Source: an uncultured Planctomycetota bacterium (lineage in GTDB: Bacteria; Planctomycetota; Planctomycetia; Gemmatales; Gemmataceae). From it: a stretch of DNA of 64,000 nt. Position numbers and translations under genes: made by a program. The stretch spans positions 160,001-224,000 of the forward strand of contig CAWKHF010000009.1 of assembly GCA_963849325.1 (NCBI GenBank), read 5' to 3'. The notes under the pieces are model-generated. The model ran no database searches. It saw nothing but the letters and a program-made list of their open reading frames with translations, and was not told the origin of the DNA. This document shows, in pieces, positions 56,224 through 64,000 of this stretch (positions are counted from its first letter, which is position 1; every line of letters starts with the position of its first letter).

Positions 56224-56664
56224 ATGAAACGTCTGCTGGTCGTGCTGCTCGTGGGCCTGGGTGTACTGGCGGTCGCCGTTCCCCTGGCCTACGCGGAAAA
56301 GGCCGATAAGGGAGAGAAAAAGGTGGATAGACGCGTCTTCGAACTGCGGACGTACACGGCCGCGCCGGGCAAGATGGACGCCCTCAACGCCCGCTTCCGC
56401 AACCACACGAATCGGCTGTTCGAGAAGCATGGCATGACGATCGTCGGCTTCTGGATGCCGACGACGCAGAAGGAGGGCGAGGAGAAACTGATTTACATCC
56501 TCGCCTATCCGAGCCGGCAGGCCGCAGAACGGAGCTGGAAGGCGTTCCAGGGCGATCCTGAATGGCAGAAGGTCCGTAAGGAGTCCGAGAAGGACGGCAA
56601 ACTGCTGGCGCGGCCGCCGGAGTCGGTGTACATGGAACCCACCGATTATTCGCCGCTAAAGTAA
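56224..56664 (+). CDS. NIPSNAP-family exported protein
   Basis: Signal peptide; VFELRTY...LFEKHGM...PTDYSPLK. Confidence 0.9.
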   Translation: MKRLLVVLLVGLGVLAVAVPLAYAEKADKGEKKVDRRVFELRTYTAAPGKMDALNARFRNHTNRLFEKHGMTIVGFWMPTTQKEGEEKLIYILAYPSRQAAERSWKAFQGDPEWQKVRKESEKDGKLLARPPESVYMEPTDYSPLK

Positions 56665-56673
56665 CTTCAATCA

Positions 56674-56754
56674 ATGAACCACGGATGAACACAGATGAAC
56701 ACGGATAAAACATAAATGAATATCTGTGTTTATCCGTGTTCATCTGTGGTTCAT
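56674..56754. repeat. Inverted decamer tandem repeat, family D
   Basis: ATGAACCACGGATGAACACAGATGAACACGGATA ... TATCTGTGTTTATCCGTGTTCATCTGTGGTTCAT. Confidence 0.85.
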
Positions 56755-56773
56755 TTTCTTTCTCTATTTATTC

Positions 56774-58672
56774 ATGTCCCTCGATCATCTCCAACGTCTC
56801 GCCGAGTTGCTCGAACTCGAATCGGAAGCCGAGGCGCGGCAAATCCTGGAGCGAGTGCGTCGCCACAAGGGGAGCGCGGCCGAGCAGAGCGGCGATTGCC
56901 TTGTCGATCTCCTCGTCCGCGACGAGTACGCGGGACTGGGCGGTCGCTCACTTCTGACGCTGGGCAAGCGCAAGGAGAATCAGCCGTTGCCGTGGACACG
57001 CCTGCAAGCGGGCACGCCCGTGCTGCTGTCGCCACAGGCCGGAGGCCATAAGAACTGGCGAGGCGTTGTCAGCGAGCGCGGCGATACGTTCCTTCGCGTC
57101 GCGTTCGACGAACTACCCGACGAGGAGCGCGAGCAAGCCCTGTATCGCCTCGATCTCGCCCACGACGAGGCGGCCCGGATGCGCCAGCGTCAGGCGCTGG
57201 ACCGCGCCCGCACGGCGCGCGGCGACCGCCTCGCCGAGCTGCGCGGCGTGTTGCTCGGTGAGACGCCGCCGTCGTTCGCTCCGTTGTCCGATTTCGTTCC
57301 GCTGGACGCCTCCCTGAACGAATCGCAGCGCGAGGCCGTGCGCTTGGGCCTGGCCGCAAAGGATGTCGCCGTCATCCACGGGCCGCCAGGCACCGGCAAG
57401 ACGACGACGGTGGTCGAACTGATCCGCCAGGCCGTGCGCCGCGGCGACAAGGTACTGGTCTGTGCCCCGAGCAACCTCGCGGTCGATAACCTGCTCGAAC
57501 GCCTGCTGGCTCACGGTGAGCCAGCCGTCCGCCTGGGCCATCCCGCTCGTGTATTGCCGCAGCTGCGCGAGCATACGCTTGACCTGATGGTCGAGAACCA
57601 CGCCAACGTCAAGCTGGCCCGCAAGTTCGCCAAGGAGGCGTTCGCCCTGTTTCGGCAAGCCCGCAAGTGGACGCGGGCACGCCCCGAGCCGGGCGCCGGC
57701 GCGACCAGCGTCAGGAAGCGCGAGCGCTGCTGGCCGACGCTCGCCGCCTGGAAGGCCAGGCGGTCGAGAGCATCCTGAATGCGGCCCCCATCCTCTGCTC
57801 GACGACGACGGGACTGGACAGCGCGATCATCGGCCGCCGGCCGTTCGACGTACTGGTCCTTGATGAGGCGTGTCAGACGACCGAGCCGGGTTGCTGGGTG
57901 CCGTTGTTGCGCTCGGCGCGCCTCGTGCTCGCCGGCGATCACTGCCAATTGCCGCCGACCGTGCTGTCGCGGGAGGCCGTTGGCCGGGGCTTCGGCGTCA
58001 GTCTGCTCGAACGACTGGTGGCCCTGTACGGCAACGTGGTGACGCGCCGCCTCGACGTGCAGTATCGCATGAACGAAGCCATCATGGGCTTTTCCTCGCG
58101 CGAGTTCTACGACGACGAGTTGGTCGCCGACTCTACCGTGGCCGGGCATCGCCTGTGCGACTTGCCTGGTGTGCGGGCGGAGCCGCTGACCGAGCAGCCG
58201 GTGCAGTTTCTCGACACGGCCGGCGCAGGCTACGACGAGGAAGTCGAACCCGACGGTGAAAGTCGGCTCAACCCGCAGGAGGCGTCCCTGGTCGCGCGCA
58301 AGGTCCACGCCCTTGTGGGGGCCGGCGTCTCGCCCGCGGACATCGCCGTGATCGCCCCCTACGCCGCCCAGGTGCGCCGTCTGCGCGAGCTACTGCCGTT
58401 GCCCGGACTGGAAATTGACAGCGTGGACGGCTTTCAGGGACGCGAGAAGGAGGCGGTTGTTTTGTCGCTGGTCCGCAGCAACGTCGAGGGTGAGATCGGC
58501 TTTCTCGCCGACGTGCGCCGTCTGAACGTGGCCCTGACGCGCGCCCGCCGCAAGCTGCTCGTCATCGGCGACAGCGCCACGCTCTCCGTCTTACCGTTCT
58601 ATCGGCGTTTGTTCGAGTATTTCGAGGAAATCGGGCGCGTATCAAACGGTGTGGACGGAACAGATGCCGTAA
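56774..58672 (+). CDS. SF1 DNA2/NAM7 (IGHMBP2/Upf1-like) helicase (frameshifts ~57695, ~58635)
   Basis: LNESQ, HGPPGTGKT, APSNLAVDNL, DEACQ, GDHCQLPP, QYRM, SVDGFQGREKE, RRLNVALTRAR. Confidence 0.93.
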
Positions 58673-58704
58673 GGCTCCGCCGGTCGGGCTTTTCGGCATA
58701 CTTG

Positions 58705-58908
58705 TCACGTCTGAGGTTCTTGGACGAGCCGCGCGAGGATTTCTGCTGCTGGTATCCACACCACCGCCCCGTCCTGCCAGGTCGCCATCGGCAACCCCGC
58801 TTGGGCGTGCCGGCGAACCGCTTCCTGGAACGCTCGACGCAAGGCCGCCTCAACCAGCGCGGGATTCGAGAGAAGTGCCGTAATCGAAGGTCTATCCTGT
58901 TCGCTCAT
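58705..58908 (-). CDS. Small partner protein of the zeta-like kinase (antitoxin-like)
   Basis: 67 aa, AVRRHAQAGLPMATWQDGAVVWIPAAEI; TAATG overlap with the upstream gene. Confidence 0.75.
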   Translation of the reverse strand: MSEQDRPSITALLSNPALVEAALRRAFQEAVRRHAQAGLPMATWQDGAVVWIPAAEILARLVQEPQT

Positions 58909-59496
58909 TATGCCCTACCTTGTATCTGCCGCCATGTCTCGTTCCATCAATCCGGTTTCATTCCCCTGACGCATCGCCTTGAGCGACCAGCTGCGGAACA
59001 GCGATGACGCTGTTGTCATAAACTTGCCAGTAGCTTGACCAAAGGGCGATAGAGCCGAAAAAAGTTCGAGAGACTGCGCGGGTAACGTCGGCGAATTGTT
59101 ACTTCCGGTATGTTGTGTCCACCCATTCGCACCCGATCTGCCACTCGAGCAACGGCCAGGTCCGCGCTCTTCAACCAGAAGTATAGCAGATGAACAACGT
59201 AGCCTGTCTGTCGCAGATCCTCCAGCCAGGCGAGCGAGAGTTCGCCCGGCCAGGGTCGTCTCGAATGCGAAATCGGCACGCTGCTCGGCGAGGGCGTGCA
59301 ATCGCTCCAACATAATGCGGCTCGCCTCAAGGGCCGCGCTCTCGGGATCGAACCCGGCCAATCCCTGAGCGATGACGTCGGCATTGACGAAGGTCATCAC
59401 CTGGAGCGTCTCGGCCAGCAGCGTGCGCGCGGCGGTCGTCTTTCCCGCTCCGTTGGGACCGGCCAGCACGATCAGACTGGGAGAAGCCTCCGCCAT
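58908..59496 (-). CDS. Zeta-toxin-like P-loop kinase (frameshifted)
   Basis: LAGPNGAGKTT, FVNADVIA, FAFETTLAG, ARVADRVRMGGHNIP...RRY. Confidence 0.85.
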
Positions 59497-59510
59497 CCGC
59501 CCGACCTTTC

Positions 59511-62500
59511 TCACCCTCCACCCCAGCCCGGCGCCAGCAGAGCGGTCATCCGATCGAGATTGCGGATCTTCTGACCCCCCATCCATTCCTCGGCCTGTCG
59601 CCGCAATTCCTGTCCCTGCCGTTCCCTCCAGCAGCTGTGCCTGTCGGCGTCGCGCGGCGGCGGCATACAAGTGCATGTCCGTCGCCGTGAGGGCGACCGT
59701 CGCGGCGGCGAGGAGTTGCCGCGAACGCTCGGCATCGCCGCGTCGAAACGCGACGGCGGCCTCGACGAGTTGAGCCAGTGCGCTCGGCCCACGGCGCTCT
59801 CTCACGCCGCAGCGCCCGCGCATCGCGTGCGGCGGCGCGGAGCCAGAACGTCCGCGTCCTTGGTGCCGACCGCAAACGCCAGGGCCGAACGCGCTCGCAA
59901 ATGGAGCATAAGGATGCGGACTTGCTGCACGCGCAGCATATGCGACCGTTGCAGTGCCGGCCACTCGTCCGCCAGGCGACGCCAGGCGGTCGCGCCGTCG
60001 CCCAGGTACAGGTCGATTTGCACGTCGTCGAACAGGCGATTCATGTGCTGGACGTGAAAGCCCTGGTGCGACCACTTCGCCATGACCTCAGCCAGTTCGG
60101 AACGGGCGCGCTCCGGCTCGTCGGCGGCCAGGCGAAGGAAGGTGCGGATGACCAGGCTCAGGTTCGTTTCCTCATACAAGTCATCGCGTTCGCGGGCTTC
60201 CTTGAGCAAACGCGGCAGGCGGCGGTTGATCTCGACCACGTCGCCCATGAGCATGAGCGGCCACAGAGCGAAGCGATGCGCCGTGCCCAACTCCCAGAGG
60301 CCCCGGTACACGAGTCGCGCAGAATGCGCTCGGTCTCGTCGCAGAGGCGTAGCCCGTCGCGCCATTCGCCGGCGAGGGCCGCCGCCAGACCGCGGGCCAG
60401 TGCGACGATGGCGTGGACGTAGGGGCGATTGGCCCGCTGGGCCAGGTCCTGCGCGGTTTGAAGGAAGTGCGCCGTCCGCCGCCGATTGAAGCTGCCGGCT
60501 ACCGAAAGATGGGCGGCCTCCATCGCCAGGGCGGTCCCCAGGTGCTCGACCTCGCCCAGTCGCAGCGCCAGCAGCAGGCCGCGCGTCTGGAAGTAGGCGC
60601 CTTGCAAGGTATCGACCATGCTCAAGCCGATGGCGGCGGACTGGCAAATGTCCAGACGAGTCAGCTCGGTGGGATCGATCTGCTCGGCGGAGTGCGTGTG
60701 GAAGCGGATGCCGCGCAGGTACAGGCGGACGCGCTGAAAGACCAGCGACCAGAAGGCGCGGCGCGGCGTGGGCAGCAGGCGCAGCCCAACCGCATCGAGC
60801 ACGGTGCGCAGCGTGGCCAGGCCGTCGTCGATGTGGCCGCTGCGCAAGAATTGCAGGGCGGCCAGGCGCTGCAGTTCGAGCGTCTCGGAGGGTTCGGCGC
60901 CGGTTGTGGCCGCCAGGTACGCCCGCGCCGATTCGGCGCCGCGGCCGGCGTTGGCCAGAGCCTCGGCCAACTGCGTTCGCAGCCGGCGCTCTTCTTCCGG
61001 CCCGGGGGCTTGCAGTTCCAGGACGAGGCGGTACAGCTTGGCGGCGCGGTCGAAGGCCAGGGCCTCGGCCGCCTGCGCCGCCGCCAGGGCGTAATAATGG
61101 CCGGCCCGCTCCTTGTCGCCGGCACCGACCAGGTGGACGGCCATCAACTCGGGATCGACCACTTCGGAGGACTCCAGCACCGTGACAAGGCGTCGGTGGT
61201 GTTGACGCAGCACGGCCGGGTCGAGATGGAGAAGCACGGTTTCGCGGATGCGATCGTGATAGGTCTCGATCTCGTTCTGTTCGCCTGGCCCACTACTGCG
61301 CAGCAAGCGGCCGCGCGCAGGCACGCGAGGGTCGTGTGTTCCTCGACGACCTCGGCGGCCCGGCAAGCATCCGCCTGCGACAGCGGCCGGCTGGCGACGG
61401 CGACAACCTCCAGAAGCCGCCGCGCCTCCTCGGGCAGCTGAAGGATGCGCGACCACAACACCTCACTGAGCGAGATGTCGCTGACCGAATCCGATGGCCG
61501 AGCGGCTCTCGGCGCCCGGCCCTGCACGAACTGCACCAGCTCGTAGACGAAGAAGGGGTAGCCGCCCGACTGACGGGCGATCGAGTCGGCGCGGGCCGCC
61601 GTGGTCTCGTCACGCGGATCGAGCAGGGCCAGGGCCAGCTCGCGTCGCTCCTCCGGCGTCAGCGGTTCGACGGGCAGATTGCGTCGATCCAGCCCGGCCA
61701 GCTCCGGCGTATTCCGCAGGGTTCGCAAGCAGGCGCTGCTGTTGCTCTCCTCGCTGCGATAGCACAGCAGCAGCAAGAGGGCCGGCGGATCGGGTGGACG
61801 CAGCAAATCGGCCAGCAAGGCCGCGCTGTCCTCATCGCCCCATTGCAGATCGTCAATGGCCAGAACGAGCGGCCGGCGGTCGCCCAGGCGGGCGAGCAGT
61901 TCGCGCAGCGCCGCCAGGGCGCGGCGGCGAACCTCCTGGGCGTCGGAGACATCCAGAACGCGCCGCGGCGCCTCCGTTACCGCGTTCAGGCGCCGCAGCA
62001 CCGGGAAAACGCGGGCCAGCGTCGCCAGGTCGCGCGGCCACAGTGCCTGCGCCTCCAGCGGCGGCAGACTGCTCCAGGTAGCGACTCAGGGCATCGACCA
62101 GGCTATCCAGTGCCTTGTAGGGCACCGATTCCTGCTCGTAGCATCGGCCCCGGAGCACCACGAGGTCGTCGCGCTCACCGAGGTCGTCGAGGAAGCGCTG
62201 CACCAGGGCGCTCTTGCCCGCTCCGGATCGACCTTGCACGTCTACCAGCACCGTCCCGCCGCGCCGCGTGTCCTCGAACGCATCGCTCAGCACCTGCAAA
62301 TGCCTCTGGCGGCCGATCAACGGCACCTCCAGCCGTCGCGGGGCCGGCTGCGGCTCCGCGGGCGCAGGCGAGTCTGTCAGCCGCGTCAACCGGCTCAGCA
62401 CGTCTCCTCCCGTCGGCCGTGCCTGCGGATCGCGGCGCAGCAGCTCCCGGCACAAGGTCGAGAGGTCCTCGGGCGTCCCCGGCAGTAGCTCGGACGGGGA

Positions 62501-63718
62501 AGGAGGGTCGAAATTCTGCTTTTTGTGCAGGATCTCGTAGCCCTCGCCCTCGTAGGGCAGCGTTCCGGTCAACGACTCATAGAGCAAGACGCCGACGGCG
62601 TACCAGTCGCTGGCCGGCGAGACCGGCTTGCGCGCCGCCTGCTCGGGGGCCATGTAGGCGATGGTCCCGAGCAGATGGACGCTGCGGTGTTGCTGATCGC
62701 GGTCCATCTCGGCGGCCAGGCCGAAGTCGAGCAGCGCGACGCGGCCCTTGAGTGTCACCAGCACGTTGCCCGGCTTGATGTCGCGGTGCAGCTTGCCCGA
62801 CTGGTGCAAGAAATGAACGCCGGCGGCCAGCTGGGCCAACGCCTGGCGTAGTCGTTCCTCCTGCTGGGGATTCAAGGGCGCCGGCCGACCCGAACGCGAA
62901 CCGCCCTCGGGCCGGACATCCAGCAGCGTCGGCAGGAGAGGCCGATCCGCTGCGTCCCCATGAACGTAGTCGAGAAAATCGACTCCCTCGACCAGCTCCA
63001 TGGTGAAGAACCAGTGCGCCCCGCCGCCGATCAGCTCATAGAGGGTGACGAGGTTGGGATGATTCAAACCGGCCAGGCTGCGGAATTCCTGCTTGAAGCG
63101 CAGCAGGGCGCGAGCGTCCATCGCCTGCATGGTCTTCAGGGCGACCATCCGCTGGCGCTTGCGGTCGAAGGCCTGGTAGACGACGCCCATGCCGCCATGC
63201 CCCAGTTCGCGGACCAGGTCAAAACCCGCGAAATCGGGCAGGCCGAGGGCTTCGGGGCAGGGCGGGGCGGTGAGGGTCGGCAGCGTCGCCCGGGACTCGG
63301 CTGGTTTCGTCGAGGGGCCGCGCGGCAGACCGCCTTCGGAAAACTTCGATCCGCCGGACCCACCCCCAAGGTGTTCGGCGAACTCGGGGAATCGTCGCAG
63401 GTATTCGTCCGGCTCCGGCGACTCCCCCGCTTGCCGGCGTAGTTGCATTTCCTGCCGGAGCAACTCGATCACTTGGTCGGGGTCGTCCCCCAGGGCCGGG
63501 AACATGCCGAGATACTCTTCGACCCGCGGCCGCTCGCCGCGCCGCCAGCGCTGGCGCTGATCGAAACGCAGCACTTCGCCTAGCTGCGCCGGGCGGAGTT
63601 CGCCGGCGTCGGCGAGGAAGCGACGCAGGTCGGGCGGCGGCTCCCGGTCCCACAGTTCGGCGAACTGCTCGGCCAAGTCCGGGTCGGAGCGCGGCGGCGT
63701 GTCGGCGGGTTTCGTCAT
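59511..63718 (-). CDS. Ser/Thr kinase + AAA ATPase + helical (TPR-like) repeat protein, several frameshifts
   Basis: LGHGGMG, HRDIKPGN, DFG, GTIAYMAPE; Walker A GRSGAGKS, Walker B LAIDDLQW, SGGYPFF, YHDRIRE; Ala/Leu-rich helical C-terminus. Confidence 0.9.
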
Positions 63719-63913
63719 GATCGCCAGTCCCGTCCTGTGGCCGGACGGGCAACCGCGCTCGTCCGGACTTTTCTGGCCTCCATGATACTCAAGTGGCGAA
63801 CGAAACGCGCTGGCGGATAGCATATCACCGCGAAAAGAGGACCGCGACCTTCTGGAGTGGTCATGTCGCGGCGCGGCACCCGGAACGCGATCAGAATCAT
63901 CGAAAAGGAATTT

Positions 63914-63978
63914 CGTTTAGCCGCGACGCGCAGCGGAGCGCGGGGCTGTCGCGCTCCGCTGCGCGTCGCGGCTAAACG
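63914..63978. repeat. Palindromic repeat, family A
   Basis: Perfect 29-bp arms identical to the core of the 3196 copy, with a different loop. Confidence 0.92.
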
Positions 63979-64000
63979 GGGAAGGTATTTCGGAATGCGA

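Noticed and set aside
45173-56754. Tandem 7-mer and 10-mer repeats as CRISPR arrays
   Set aside because: Units are contiguous, with no unique spacers, and there are no cas genes in the window
59496-60075. Fusion of the kinase-AAA protein to the zeta-like kinase (ORF 58915-60075)
   Set aside because: The upstream part of that frame is not protein-like; the kinase has its own stop at 59511 and the zeta-like gene has its own ATG

Overview
This is a GC-rich bacterial chromosomal window, most likely from Planctomycetota (Gemmataceae-like). That call rests on two DUF1559 prepilin genes, a planctomycete-type ECF sigma/Ser-Thr kinase pair and the 'ASGGRQPP' repeat peptide. About a third of the genes carry single-base frameshifts in G/C runs, best explained as long-read consensus errors. 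Gene content from left to right: (1) a stress-type cluster (HAD, cupin, CHAD, CBS, EreB-like) and a ~9-kb cyclic beta-1,2-glucan synthase ndvB/chvB with four repeat insertions in its coding sequence; (2) a scar region with an ICE-type helicase fragment, an orphan NusG paralogue behind a structured leader, and a WecB/TagA fragment; (3) an IorAB-like molybdoenzyme; (4) an ECF sigma plus kinase-FGE-LRR module bracketed by IS1380-like ends; (5) nth, an FHA protein, egtBD, a membrane protein and TauE; (6) a ~12-kb yeh-like operon (WGR-DUF4132, DUF4132, MoxR AAA, DUF5682, vWA, SWIM) with a VapBC-type pair embedded; (7) fused thiS-thiG, long nagB, DUF2203, and mntH-USP with a DtxR-type box; (8) FHA-GGDEF, then a DUF1559/HEAT/Cys-rich/DUF1559 locus with a candidate operator and a candidate metal-sensing arrest peptide; (9) a beta-propeller, NIPSNAP, an SF1 helicase, a zeta-like kinase pair and a kinase-AAA-helical repeat protein. 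At least six palindromic or tandem repeat families are present. No rRNA, tRNA or CRISPR array was seen. All family assignments come from motif recognition by eye; no searches were run.
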